Assembly (NCBI RefSeq): GCF_009834535.1
Contig: NC_045697.1
Coordinates: 19,718,001 to 19,782,000, forward strand
Length of the DNA stretch: 64,000 bases
Origin: Camelus ferus
Taxonomy: Eukaryota
Direction of reading: 5' to 3'
Shown here: positions 1-13,245 of the stretch, in pieces
How positions within the stretch are numbered: the first letter of the stretch is position 1
Layout: each line of letters opens with the position of its first letter
Notes under the pieces: model-generated
What the model saw: only the letters and a program-made list of their open reading frames with translations
Told to the model about the DNA's origin: nothing
Databases searched by the model: none
Position numbers and translations under genes: made by a program

Positions 1-859
1 GTTTCAGGTGGACTGAGTACTGAAAGGAGGAAATCCCATACTGACTCTAAGATCCTGATTATGTTAGTGAGCTGAAGTGTGGTGGCTAAGGAAAGCAGGA
101 GAACGCAGTTTATTTTAGTTCAGTGGGCATAAAACTAGCCTATGCTTTCACCTGAGACTGTGTAAAAACATTCCAAGAGTTTTAGGGGTACGAGTAGAAG
201 TGAGGAATTTGTGTCTAAATTCTCATCTTCCCTATGTACTTTTACCTACAATTTATCTGTCTGCGTGCCTCCATCATTATGCAGGTTTGCATTTTCTGTC
301 TTCTCTTTAAAAATCACCCTTCTCACACTTCACAAAACAATGGAATACCTCTAATCTACTTCTAATTTGTTATAGTAGATTGTTTTGGGATGCAAAAATC
401 TCAGAGGCTCCAAAAGAACAATCTACTGATGTAGGTGTTGAGAAAATGGCTGATTCAAATGACTGTGTAACCAAATCCTTTTGTAAATCAGTTGTTTTTC
501 AAATTTTTATTTGAATAATATTGATGGAAGATCAAATTGATTTGTTGGTGCAGAGTTTATTAATAATAATTTTTGATTATAGGTGACCGTGAAATTTTGG
601 GATATATCACAGAGGTAGTTGATAGAGTTGAACTGACAAAATGTTTCATATCCATCTACTTGTTAATGTGAACAAGGAATATCATCACCTACATCTGCAA
701 ATAAGATCTGCAAGGATCTAGTTCTAAGTAATATTTCCTTACATATTTTAAAGCAGAAAGAGTCCATATATTTGAATTCCAATTCTAGATTACTTTCATA
801 GTCTATAACAATGCTGAAATATAAGATCAAAATGAATTAGACCTCAAAATATTCATTTA

Positions 860-1015
860 TAAATATTTATTTGGGAATATTGATATCTTCACAACAGCTA
901 GTTTTCCAATCTGTTCAAGTGTTGTATCCATTGATTTATTAAGAGTTAATTTAATTCTTCTCAATTTTATGTTCTGGTTTTCAAATCTGTTTTTAGCTAT
1001 TTAATAAGTTTAGTT
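860..1015 (-). mobile_element. Old L1 (L1ME-like) ORF2 fragment; appears to continue at about 4450-5165
   Basis: T-rich degenerate antisense ORF2-like sequence (tttgggaatattgatatcttcacaacagctagttttccaatc). Confidence 0.5.
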
Positions 1016-1140
1016 GTTATAACATCCATTATCTTGATTGCAGTGATGGTTTCACAGTGTATACATATGTCAAAAAATATCAAATTGTGGGCATTAAATA
1101 ACATGTAGTTTATTGTGTGTCAACTCTATCTCAGTTAATC
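1016..1140 (+). mobile_element. L1M 3' UTR terminal fragment
   Basis: tatcttgattgcagtgatggtttcacagtgtatacatatgtcaaaa...tttattgtgtgtcaactctatctc is typical of L1MB/MC/ME 3' ends. Confidence 0.7.
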
Positions 1141-1179
1141 TATTCTAAGTTTCAAGTTAAAATAAAGGAATTACCTTTT

Positions 1180-4100
1180 TTAAAATTTAGATTTTTTAAG
1201 AGAAGTTTAAGATTCACAGCAAAATTAAATGGAAGATATAGAGAGTTCGCATATGCCCCTTACCCCCATAAAAACATAGCCTCCCAAATATTAACATCCC
1301 CCACCAGAGTGGTACAGTTGTTACCAATGGTAAACCTAAACTGACACATCATGATCACCCAGAATCCATAGTTTACGTAGTGGTTACCTCATGGTGTTGT
1401 GTGGTCTATTGGTTTGGACAAATATATGATGACATGTATCTATCCTATGGTATCTCACAGAGTATTTTCACTCGTCTAAACATCCTCTGAGCTCTGCCTA
1501 TTCATGCCACCCACCTCCCTCACTCTGACAACCACTCCTTTACTATAATGTCATATACTGGAAACAGCAGGTAGTCTATTGAGGTTGACTTCTTTCACTC
1601 AGTAATACGTATTTAAGGTTTCTCCATGTCTTTTCATGGCTTGATGTCTCATTTCCCCCTTTTTAAAAATTGAAATATAGTTAATTTATCTCATTTCTTT
1701 TTATAGCTGAATATATTCTATTGTCTAGATGTACTATAGTTTATTACCCTTCATCCACTGAAGGACATCTTGGTGCTTCCAAGTTGGCGTTTATAAAGCT
1801 GCTATAAACATCTGTGTGCAGGTTTTTGTATGGACATAAGTTTTCAGTTTCTTTGGGTAAATACCAGGCGGCATGATAGCTGGATCTTATGGTAAGAGTA
1901 CGTTTTGTTTTATAGGAAACCACCAGACTGTCTTCCTATAGTTTGGTGGGAAGTTTGCTGTACCATTTTGCATTCTCATCAGCAATGGATGAATTCCTAT
2001 TGCTCCGCATCCTCAACAGCACTCAGTGTTGTCAATGTTGTAGATTTTGGCTCCTCTAATGAGTATGTAGAGGGTGTCTCATTGTTGTTTCCATTTGCAT
2101 TTCCCTGATAATATATGATGTGAAGCATCTTCTCATATGCTTACTGTCATCTATATATCTTCTTTGGGGAGGTGTGTGTAAAGTCTTTGGCCTACTTTTT
2201 TTTTTTAATTGGGTTGCCATCTTTCTTGTTGTTGATTTTTAAGAGTTATTTGTATATGTTGGATAACAGTACTTTATCAGATGTGTCTTTTGCAGATGTC
2301 TTCTTCCAGTCTGTGGCAAGTCTTCTAGTTCTGTTGACACTATGTTTTGCAGTGCAGAAGGTTTACATTTTAATGAAGTTTAGTTTATCAGTTGTTCCTT
2401 TCATGGGTTGTGTCTTTGGTGTTATATCTAAAAAGTTATCACCATGCCCAAGGTCATCTAGGTTTTCTCCTACATTATCTTCTATACATTTTATAGTTTT
2501 GCATTTTACATTTAAGTCTGGGATCCATTTTGAGTTAATTTTTGTGAAGGGCATAAGGTATGTGTCTAATTTTTTTCTTTTTCTTTCCTTTTTTTCCACA
2601 TGGATATTAGTTGTTCTAGCATCATTTTTTAAAAAGATATCTTGGATCTATTTTATGCTTTTGCTCCTTTTAAAAGAGCAATGGATTATATTTCTGTGAG
2701 TCAAGTTCTGAGATCTGTTCTTTTCCACTGTTATATTTGCCTATTCTTTCACCAGTACCTCAGGTTCTTGATTACTATAGCCTTCTGGTGAGTCTTGAAG
2801 TCAGGATGTGTTAACCCTCCAACTTTACTCTTCTCCTTCAATATTGTGTTGGTTATTCTGGGCCTTTTGCCTCTCTTTATAAAGTTTAGAATTGGTAAGT
2901 AAATAGTCACAGAGTGACTTGCTGGGATTTTGATTGAAATTGCATTGAATCTAAATACCAATTTGGGAAGAACTGACATATTGAAAATATTGTTTTTCTA
3001 TCCATAAACATGGAATATTTCTCTATTTAGTTTTTCTTTGATTTCACTCATCAGAGTCTTATAATTTTTCTCATAGAGATGTGTATGTTTTGTTAGATTT
3101 ATATGTAAGTATCTCATTTTTTGAGGTACAAATATAAATTGTACTCAAAATTAATTTCTAACTCTACTTATGTATTGCAGGTATACAGGAAAGTGATTAA
3201 CTTTTGTGTATTAACCTTCTATCCTGAAACTTTATTATAATCACTTATTAGTTGTAGGGGTGTTTTTGTTGATTGTCAGATTGTCTACATAGAAGATCAT
3301 GTCATCTGTGAACAAAGACAGTTTTATTTCTTCCTTCTCAGTTTGTATACTTTTTATGTTTTATTACATTAGCTAGAACTTTCAGTATGATATTGAAAGG
3401 GGGTGATTAGAGGGGATGTCCTTGCCTCATACCTGATCTTAGTGACAGAGCTTCAAGTTTCTCAACATAAAGTTTAATATTAGCTGTATATATTTTGTAG
3501 CTATTCTTTATCAAATTGGGGAAGTTCCCTTCTATTACTAGTTTACTAAGAATTTATATTATGAATGTGTTTTGGATTGGTAGAATTCACCAGTCAACCC
3601 ATCTGGGCCTGATGCCTTCTGTTTTGGAAGGTTATTAATTATTAATTCAATTTCCTTAATAGATATAGATAGGCCTATTTATATAATCTGTTTCTTATTT
3701 GAGTTTAGGCAGATCGTATCTTTGAAGGAATTGGTTTATTTTGGCTAGGTTATCTAATTGTGGGCATAGAGTTGTCCATAATATTCTTTATTATATTTTT
3801 AATATGCATGACATGAGTAATAATGTCACCTCTTTCATTTCTGACATTAGTAATTTGTGTCCTCTCTCTTTATTCCTTAACCTAGCTAGAGGTCTTTTGA
3901 TTTCATTAATCTTTTTAAAGGACCAGTTTTTGGTTTCATTTTTTTTATACTCTTAATTCTTTTTTAATTTCGTTGATTTCTCCTCTAATTTTTATTATTT
4001 TTTGTCTACTTACTTTGCATTTAATTTATCCTTCTTTTTCTAGTTTCCTAAGGTGAAAGCAGATTATTGATTTTAGCTCTTTCTTCTTTTCTAACATATT

Positions 4101-4449
4101 CATTCAATTCTATACATTTCCCTCTAAGCACTGCTTTCACTGAATCCCAGAAATTTTGATGATGTTTGCATATACAGTTTTTTCAAAAATTTTAATCTTT
4201 TGAGATTTCTTTGATCCATGTGTTATTTAGAAGTGTGTTGTTTAATCTCCATGTATTTGGGTTATTTTTTCATTATTGACTTCTAGTTTCATTACATTGT
4301 GGTCTGAGAGGAGACACTGCATGATTTCTGTTCTTTTAAATTTATTAAAATGTGTTTTGTGGCTAGAGTGTGGTCTATCTTGATGAATGTCCTGGTGATT
4401 TTTAGAAGAATGTGTATTCTGCTGTTGCTGGATAAAGTAGCCTTTAGAA
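1180..4449 (-). mobile_element. L1MC-type LINE-1, 5'-truncated (3' UTR plus decayed ORF2)
   Basis: ORFs 2363-2599 (FTKINSKWIPDLNVK) and 2749-2979 (LPKLVFRFNAISIKIP...GGLTHPDFK) are L1 ORF2. The 3' UTR is shared with copies at 39700-40035 and 58445-58720. Degenerate TSD gaattacctttt (1168-1179) / gaattatcattt (4450-4461). Apparent internal deletion near 3578. Confidence 0.92.
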
Positions 4450-5165
4450 GAATTATCATTTAAAAAATTTCAAATAGTATTGCTGGTAGGTAGACATGTT
4501 TTTAAAGTTGCTTTAGGAGTAATATTTTAAAATTCACTAATTTAATTAATAGATTTTTATGTTCTATATATATAATTATGCCATCTATAAGTAATGACAA
4601 TTTTATTTCTTTCTTCAAAACTTTATAAATTTATTTCCTTTTCTGCCTTATTTCACTTCTCATATTTTCCAGTAAAATATGGATTGTACTGCTTCTGGTA
4701 AATGGTCAAGGGAAAGGCTTGGAATATTTTACCATATCATGGATTTATTTTGATTGTAAACTCTTTGTAGACATTCTAATCCAGATTAAAGTTTTTTTGT
4801 GTGTGTCTGTGTGTCATTCCTGATTTTCCAATAGTTGTTCCAGTAGTTCTAATAATTGTTGTTTATGGTGATATTTTTAAGCATATATGCATTCTACATA
4901 CTGTCTGATTTTTTCCCAGAATCAATCAAAATGATCACACAATGATTATTTTTTCTTTATCTTAATGTGGTAAAATACACTGGTATTTTGAATTATAAAC
5001 AAAACTTTCACCCTATGAATGAACCTCTTTAGTCATGATGCATTATTTTATTTAAATATATTACTTTTAATATATATTAGTATGTATTCATGTAATGTCT
5101 TGTAATATTGGTATTATTTCTTTTTTAAAAGTTTGAAAGAATTCACTGTTGAAGCCATCAGGGTC
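4450..5165 (-). mobile_element. Old L1 (L1ME-like) ORF2 remnant
   Basis: Degenerate antisense ORF2 motifs (aagaattcactgttgaagccatcagggtctg). Confidence 0.6.
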
Positions 5166-5169
5166 TGCA

Positions 5170-5440
5170 TATGTGATTGCATTTATGTGACATTCTGGAA
5201 GAAGTTGAAAAATTGTAAGGAAATAAAGTATATCTTTGCCAAAGACCAGGGTATAGGGCATGGGATTGACTGTTAAGAGGAATCTTGTTGGAATGATGGG
5301 AATATTTTATGTTTTGATTGATGTGGTGGTTGTATGGCTGCATAGGCTTGGTCACAACTGTGCAAATTAAACTGTACACTTGTAAACAATGGATTTTACT
5401 CTGTAAATTATTCACTACATGTGTTTTATAAAAAATAAAC
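5170..5440 (+). mobile_element. L1M 3' UTR fragment
   Basis: gaatgatgggaatattttatgttttgattgatgtggtggttg...aactgtacacttg...ctgtaaattat resembles an L1 3' end. Confidence 0.7.
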
Positions 5441-6049
5441 TGCAATTATATTTCAGTATCATACTTTAGTTAATTGTAAATTTTAAAAAGTATATTCCAC
5501 TTGAAGGAGAATTCAAATAGAAAGAAATGTTTTGGAAATTCTGGATTTGAAGTAAAAAATGAACTTTAATATCAGTTTCGCTTATCAACCATATAATCTT
5601 GGATGAGTCATTTAACCTCCCAAAGCAGTCTCATTTGTTAAAAGGAACATGTCTATGTAACCCAACTCTCTTAATTGCATTAAATATTATTTAGAGGTAT
5701 CAAGGACAAAGTAGGAATGCAATAGATGGCCATCAAACTTAAATATGGCATGTTGCTAAGTATCTTCATTATCTTCTTATTTTATCTTGAATAAGAACGT
5801 TGAAAAAAAAAAAAAACCTCTTCATTGAGATTACCTTTTCAATTTGTAATGAGCACCCACATAGAAGAACTCTTTTTTGTTTGTTTGTTTCAATTAGCTG
5901 GATTTAAGTTATAAAATGGAATATGGCTACTTAAGAAGAACTTCTGAAGAGTAATGAAATAGGACCTCATATCCTTTCATTACTTTTTATTCAGGACATA
6001 TAAGCTGTCTGCTCAGCTCCTAACTTAATTCTATTATGTAAGTAACCTG

Positions 6050-6356
6050 ATCTATGTAAAGTTTGAGTAGGAGGACATTCTTAGCACCTTTCTGCCACTG
6101 AATGTTGCCACTTCAAAAGCCAGTCTAATCAGGTCCTTGCTCTTCTGTTTCTCCTACAACCATAGTGAGGCCATATAGACCAACCTTGGATAAGGACCTG
6201 CGACCTAGCCTTCAGAGTCCCCTTGATTTCTGCTAATTATCTAATCCTTTTGTTAATTCTAGGAGCTACAAATATTCTTCCACTAAATTTTCTCTTTATA
6301 TTTTATACTAGCAAGTGTTAGTTTATGTTGCCCACAATAATAGCCTCAAGTGAACA
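6050..6356 (+). mobile_element. ERV-L-type LTR fragment (LTR33/LTR16-like)
   Basis: 3' end resembles an ERVL LTR terminus (taaattttctc...actagcaagtgttagtttatgttgcccacaa...tgaaca). Confidence 0.45.
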
Positions 6357-6484
6357 AGAAAAGTCAATACCTTCAAGGAGATTAGTGTTTGAATTTATTG
6401 GAAAATTAGACAACCTGCTTCACAAAGTGTAATTGATGACTGTCTGTCAAGTAAGTGAATATATTGAAGGAAAAATGAATAAAA

Positions 6485-7175
6485 AGGACTTTCACTTGAT
6501 CATGATGATGTTTCAAAAACTGGAATCACCCTGAAGACTTAAAAGCAAAACAAAACAAAATGACAAAATATATGAAATTACAGTTTTCAGATATCAGAAA
6601 ACGGTCAGTGGGAGACAGTGATCCCTGCAAAAAGAGAAGCAAATGAGGTGGGCTGTCCATGCTCCCAACACAGACGTGCAGGAAGGACACACCTCAGTAG
6701 AACCCAGCAGTCTCCTGGCATTAGGATGAGAGAGTCAGAATTTGTGAAAGTCAAGTTGCCGAGAACTAACAGAGCAGAGTGAGAAAGAGAGCTGCGTGTA
6801 GAAAGAACACATTAGAACCAAAAAGGGTTACTCTCAAGTCTTAACCTAAGTACTGATAAGCACATATGTGTGAGGAAACCTGAATCCAGGGAAAGACACG
6901 TAGGAAGGACAAGGCAGAATCATCCTTGAAGTTCAGATAGGACCAGGAATAATTTGTGTTCCAGCCAAAGTGGAAAGACCTCCAAAACAAGGGACATTGG
7001 TAGAGTTCTCAGAAGGAAATTCAGTTAGTGGGGCGTGCTTTGCCCTTAATTAAGTGCTGTTTTGAAACTGCCTAAGAAAGGTTAAAAACAAGCTTGGAAA
7101 TAATGGATCAAATTGTTCCCAAGTAACTTAACTGCACAACAAAATGAAGCCTTAAAATATTTAAAGGAACACACG

Positions 7176-7216
<41 letters not shown>

Positions 7217-7665
7217 CCCAAAACATAAAATTCTCAATTGCACTCAATAAAATGAGCATGAAAAATAAGAAAATATGACCCATGATGAGAAGAAAAATCA
7301 GTTAATAGAAGTAGAACTAGATTTGACACAAGTAATAGAATTAGTAAAAAGGAATGATAAAAAGGCCAATATAAATATATTCCATATATTCAAGTAACTA
7401 GTGGAAAGCATGAACATGATAAGGGGAAAAATGAAAGGTCTAAAAAGATCCAGTTTAAACTATTAGAGGTGAAAAGTAAAATATCTAGGATGAGAAATAT
7501 ATAGGATCAAGAAGAGACTAGAAACTGCACAACATTAATGAATTTAAAGACCTAGAAACAAAATATATCCAAAATGACAAAAGCCTGAACAATAAAGTAG
7601 ACAAGAGAATCAGTGAGCTGTGACAAAACATTAAACAACCTAATATGTATGTGCTCAGAGTCCAC
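6485..7665 (+). mobile_element. Old L1 5' region (5' UTR and ORF1 remnant, L1MC/MD-like)
   Basis: A-rich ORF1-like decay (aatcagtgagctgtgacaaaacattaaacaacctaatatgtatgtg) and 5'-end motif gacaaaatatatgaaattacagttttcaga. Confidence 0.65.
7169..7213 (+). repeat. (CA)n microsatellite with a GCGCGC core (alternating purine-pyrimidine)
   Basis: acacacgcacgcgcgcacacacacac... read directly. Confidence 0.95.
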
Positions 7666-7669
7666 ATAA

Positions 7670-8030
7670 TTGTGAAGTCAGCTGGATGGTAAGGTTGTAA
7701 GTCAGCTGAGCGTTGGCTGGTCTAGAATTATTTCAGATGAGATGACCCATTTCTGTTCTATGTGGTCTTTTATTCTCCAGGAGGATAGCCCAGGCTTGCT
7801 CAAATGATGAGTGTTCACTAGAGAGTGAACAAAAGTCTGCAACACCTCTTTACACCCACATTTGGACCCATGTCACTCACTCAGGCTTCATTATTTTTGC
7901 CAAAGCAAGTCCAAGGTCAGCCTGGACTGAATGAGATGGAGAAATGGACTGCAGATTTTGATGGCATCACATTCCAGGAGTTGTTGGTTCAATGGCAAAA
8001 GATCTAGGGCATTTTTAAATAACCTACCTG
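7670..8030 (-). mobile_element. MLT1 (MaLR) LTR fragment
   Basis: ttttgccaaagcaagtccaaggtcagcctggac...ggagaaatggactgc...ttttgatgg are MLT1 H/J/K-like motifs. Confidence 0.7.
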
Positions 8031-9249
8031 TCATATGTTTTAATAATAATTACCAAAGCCTTGTTATGTTAAGTGGCACTTTGTGCTCTCAGTGTTAGTC
8101 TCCAGCTTCTATTTGGAATGATAAGTAGATGGTTCAGATGAAAGGAAAAGCCTTGAACTCAGACATATTTTCATTTTCTGAGAGTTTATCCTGTGGGTAT
8201 GTTTCCACTTTTGAATGGTAACTCCCCTTTCCTCATTTTGCCTAATATTTCATACCCCTGTCTACTTAGAGTGTAGCTGTACCCTGGGATACTTTCTAAT
8301 TTTCATACTATCTAGGTTTGTTTTGTTTTTTTAACTGAAATGTGTATCTGTCAAACAACCATGCAGCCAACATTTGATATGGGAATAATTAGAAGGCATT
8401 TTAGTTTCTTTCCTAAGCAAAACCACTTTGGCTATAAAATTTTATAGAAATAAATTGTCTGAACAATATGTAACATTCCAGTGTAATGCTGCAGGGAGCT
8501 GATAGCTCTTGACTAAAATCTCTGAATGCCAAAACCCTCCAGGCTTGCTTTGAAAAGCTCCATATAGATATCTTTCATGCACTGTAGTAAGATAAAATAG
8601 AGGAGCCCAAGAGTTTCCTATAATTATATAATTTATTCTCTTTATCTAAAAATAAAACCAGTTAGAAAAGGAGTTTGAACATTTGGAAGAAATAACACAT
8701 TTAAAGACTTAATTTGTTCTTTATTAGGACATTATTTTCAGAGAGTTAGTATAATATTTCTTCACTGAATATTCTAAAATGGAAAGAGCTGACAGTCCAC
8801 AAATGCTGAACAATTTGCCAATGTGGGAGAATTAGAGAAGAAATATTTTAATTATTATTTGAATATAAATTACTTATTGTTTAACTGTAAAATATTTGGG
8901 CTACAAATATGTCACTGTGATTCAATCTAATAGCATATAATGGACTGATGGATCCAGATTCACACTTCCAAGTCCCAGCCGCAGAGTGTCATAGACATTG
9001 ATTTGTTTAGCTACTCATTAACTTTGAATATTCTCCCTATTTTTGTTAATTGCCCAGTTTGGGAATCACATCTTCGCAAGATGGAAAACAGGAAGCTTGC
9101 ATTGCCAGGCTCATCAAACTGGGATTCACTCATAATGACTTACCATCAGATGGACTAACAAAACAGGTTCAACGGTGATCACATATGAGAGAATACATCT
9201 TCTAACAAATGTGTTGTAAAATACGCCTGATTCTTTAAGACAGATAGGT

Positions 9250-9320
9250 CTGTTGTTTATCTGAAATGCAATTTTAGTTGGTGTCCTATATTTTTATTTG
9301 CTAAACCTGTCAACCCTATT
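9250..9320. mobile_element. MER53 (hAT MITE) half, inside the ERV-L 5' LTR
   Basis: ttgtttatctgaaatgcaattttagttggtgtcctatatttttatttgctaaacctgtcaacccta matches the recalled MER53 terminus. Confidence 0.75.
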
Positions 9321-10991
9321 GCACGGGCACTTTTGACTGCTTAGCCTCAGAGTGGTATACAGTCTGTCTTGAGATTCAGTGAGCTTCTTACACAACTTTA
9401 CAAAATTGCTTTTTGGTTAAAACTAGCTAGAGCTAATTTCATTACTTACTAAATAAAGTTGTGATGACAAAGACTTTTTGGTATAGTATAGAAAGAGCCT
9501 AAAGAGTTACAGAAATAGGAATACTTGAGTAAGCCACATGTATGCAACTCACTTATATACTCTCTTCATCAAGACAATAGGAATTACATGGCTCAGTGAT
9601 GTAGCATCTTTGAGAAGGGCTGTAGTTTCTCTCCTTTGTAAAGGTAAGAGTACAGTTGGTAGGTGGTGCCTTGAAATTGACTTTATGATTTTAATGGAGA
9701 TGATGGACCTTGAGGCTCTGAAATCTACTTTAGTACTTATACGCACTTGGCCACTAGCCACTAGTGTTAAGTGTTACAAAGTGGGTATAGCTATGCAAAT
9801 AGGTTTCAGAGCCAGGGTGGCAACCAGAATGACCTAGTCCACAGTGATCTTTGGCTATCGCTAATTTATCGTTGGTCCCTAGCACCAAAAGAAATGGGAC
9901 ATAAGAAAAATAAATTCCTAAGAAATTTCTTTTTCCAAAAATACCTAACTAGAGTCATTACTGAAGAGTCAAAGAATCTTGATAATTTCTAAAAGGAAGT
10001 TTAGAAGAGGCCAGTTTGAATAACCTTGAGGAACAAGTATGGAATAATGTTACACCAACATTTAAAGAACTTTCCAGCTAGCTTTCTCCAAGGGGACCTA
10101 TGCCTAGTTCCTAGGGTAATTGTACTCGTAAAAGAGCCAAGTAAACAAAATATCCAGTGATTGACACTGATTCTGAACTAACGCTGTTTCCAGGTTTAAC
10201 TGGATAAGACTGTGGTTTATAGGTTCCTAGAGGTCAAATGGTAGTTGGAGTTTGGCCCAAGTCTCCCTCAAAGTAACTTAATTTGTCTATAAATATATCT
10301 GTGGTTATATCTCAATTTTAATATATGGTTAGAAGAAATATAATCAGCAACTCACAGTATCTACATTGGCTATGTATCGGAAGGGATGGGATGGTATAAC
10401 CAACCAAGTGGAAACTTCTGGAGTATTTCTTTTCATATCAAAATAGTAAACCAAAATCAAGACTGCACCTCTGATAAAATGTAAAAATTGGTGCCAGCAT
10501 CAAAAACTTGAAAGGTTCAGTGTTCATGATTCCATTTATTTTCAAGCCACTGTAACTCTAGGATCTGCTAGTTTATAGTACCCAAGGATGCAACACAGTT
10601 CCATTTAATTGGCAGCTAAAACTTCTGCCTGGTTATTTCAGACTTCCTGGCACTGGAATAAAAAGGGATAAAAAGATTATTGTGTTGGCTGGGTAATTAA
10701 TTTTGATTACTAAAGGGATATAGTCTTTTTGTTAACCCAGTCAGGGAAGAAAGATTAAAATAAACCCAGAGAATCCTTTGACGTACCTTCAAGTACTGTC
10801 ATATCTTTGGGAAAAGTTAATGGATAGTAACAGCATCATAATAAATGTAAAATAACTAAGAACTTCCTTAGGAAATTCAGTTTTATGTCACATTTCCAGG
10901 TAAACAACATTGGTCAACTGAGCCACTAGCTGAGAGCAAAAGGAACATGAAATACATATTGGAAAAAGCAGTCTCAGTACCAACTATAGTC

Positions 10992-11135
10992 TTTTTTAAA
11001 AAGTTACTGAAGTATAAATATTACAATCTTATATTAGTTTCAGGTGTACAACATAGTAATTTGATATTTTATAGTTACACACCATACAAAGTTGTAAATA
11101 TACATATAAAATCATAATTAAAATATTGACTGTAT
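10992..11135 (-). mobile_element. Short cetartiodactyl-type L1 3' end inserted in the ERV-L
   Basis: T run followed by tgaagtata...tattagtttcaggtgtacaacatagtaatt. Confidence 0.75.
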
Positions 11136-11899
11136 CCCTTCTGCTCTGCATTCCATCCCTCCATCTGTCTGTTTCAGTTTTCCCTCTCCTTCCCCTTCTA
11201 TTTATATAGTATCTGTTGGATAGAGGGTGCATGCTGTTGTTTGGAAATTTAAATAGGGAAGAATTATATATATATTGTGCATATTAATAATGAGTTGCTG
11301 GTATTAAGATAAAGGCTCTAATGGATATTCATGATTTGCAGTGATAGAACATCTTTATTTGATGTTATGTCTGTCTGTATTTGAAAATAATCCTTATTTT
11401 GAACCTTGCCTTGCTAAGTCACAAGTCAGGAAACTTTTTCCCAAGAATCCCACGCAGCTGTGGCGAAGGATGGTGATATATGTTCTGCTAGTCAGATGTA
11501 CTTAAATACATCTGATACTTAAATCTTAAATGATTTGGAAGTGAGCAAAATGAAATGATGGTCACATGAGAGGTAATAGTTGATCTTTGAAAGATGTGTT
11601 GATGGACATGCCTGGCTCTTTGTAAAAGGCAGAGAGTGGACTTCTGTGTTCATTCTTAAGCATTATTGTTACCAAATGAGAGTGGTTAAGGAGTGTGTAT
11701 AGAGAAACCCAACAGAACTTGGTAATAGATCCTGCGTCTGTAGACCTTTAGAATCTGGAATTTCTAATAATGCAGATTCTATGAACATGTTAGTATCTCC
11801 TGTTCAAAGATAGTAATAATATCAACCTCATACAGTTGTCATGAGAATTATAAAATTTTAAATTATATCAGCCCATCTAACTCCTGAAACTTAGAAGGA

Positions 11900-12480
11900 A
11901 TTTGATAGACCCCTCTTCCCTTTTGCCACCTTTTGCTTTTCCTCTCCTGTTGCCAACATTCTTCTTCAAAATCTTGTTAGCTCTTTGCTAGACTGTTGCA
12001 GCAGGCTTTAATTTTTTTTTTCTGTTTTGGTTTCTTTTCATTATTCAGACTATCATGTTTACTGCTGAAAAAAATAATCAGCTTAAAGTGTAATTGTTAT
12101 CATATTTCTCCTGTTCAGTGTTTGCCCATTGTCTCATAAATAGTAGTCAGACTTTTCTCTTTCTAATTTAATAATTTCCAGAATATGGTTGCATTTCAAA
12201 TTTCCAGATATTTCTCTCACTACTTCCTTATACACGCATGAAACTTAAATTTATCTCTAGTCCCTATGATTTGTTGAATAAGCCTCTAAATTTCTGAATT
12301 GTGTGCCCTTTCTTACTTTCGTACTTTCCCAGTGCTCTTCAGATTTGTCTTTGATAGATTCCACGCATTGTCAAAGGCAAACCTTCAGGAAGCCTTTCTT
12401 AAATATCCAAACTCAATGATTTCTTATTCTGTCTTAGTCTTGTATTATGGGTATTTCTGTTTTTGATCATCATATCCATT
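11900..12480 (+). mobile_element. L2 fragment
   Basis: Pyrimidine-rich L2-like sequence (gctagactgttgcagcagg..., ccttcaggaagcctttctt). Confidence 0.55.
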
Positions 12481-13106
12481 ATCTTTCTATTCTACCTTTG
12501 CTTTTCATATACAATTTGATATTGGATTCTTTAAAATTTTTGACTTTCAGAATTAGAAAAGATTTTGAAATCATCTAATCCTATGCAAAAGTAAACAGTC
12601 ATTTCAAATATTGCATATAGACAGAATGCAGAGCTGATATGTGATCTGAGTATGAAGCCAGCTTTTGGATTATTCCAAAAATCATGCCTGTATAAATTCA
12701 GTTGAAAATCAACACTCATTCTAATATATATAAATTAGCATCACATTTAGGTCCTGTGTTAATTGTACAATTAAAACTAAAACTTAAAAATATATATATG
12801 TATATATAAAATCCATCACTTTACTGGGTACTCAAACCATGATATTGGGCCCAAGTGGAGAAATGCATATTTTCTCTGTTAAATGTTCTTGATAAAGGCA
12901 TAGGAGGTTCTTGAAACTAGAAAACACTTTGCAAATTATTTAGAAGATAATAGCTAAAATACATAAACAGATTAAAACCAAAATAAATATAATTTTAGAT
13001 GAGAGATTAAATTAATTATATATACTTTGAAAATTCATTAAACTGTACTTTGAAATAAGATGAAATTAAAACCAAATAAATATAATTTTTAAAGGTATTT
13101 GACTTA

Positions 13107-13245
13107 GGGGAGGGTGTAGCTCAAGTGGTAGAACACATGCTTAGCATGCATGAGGTCCTGGGTTCAAGGCCCAGTACCTCCATTAACAATAAATAAATAA
13201 ATAAACCTACCTGCCTCCCCTCCTAAAAATAAAAAAAAATAAAAA
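13107..13245 (+). mobile_element. Vic-1-type tRNA-Ala-derived SINE (camelid)
   Basis: ggggagggtgtagctcaagtggtagaacacatgcttagcatgcatgaggtcctgggttcaagg with A and B boxes, (AATA)n and an A tail. 16-bp TSD taaaggtatttgactt (13090-13105) / taaagatatttgactt (13246-13261). Confidence 0.92.

Larger units (their letters stand above)
8987..11600 (+). mobile_element. Degenerate ERV-L provirus: LTR33-like LTR, internal region, LTR33-like LTR
   Basis: Protease-like DTDSELTLFPG (10163-10195); RT N-terminal KWKLLE (10406-10423) and KIVNQNQ (10440-10460); dUTPase-like VPFNWQLKLLPGYFRL (10598-10645); LTR-like segments at about 8987-9471 and from 11337. Confidence 0.75.

Noticed and set aside
2172..2699. 175-aa hydrophobic ORF resembling a membrane protein
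   Set aside because: Antisense frame of L1 ORF2; T-richness explains the Phe/Leu content.
13107..13182. Possible genuine tRNA-Ala gene (also 38568-38650)
   Set aside because: Followed by a SINE body, A tail and TSDs, with mismatched stems; these are SINE heads.
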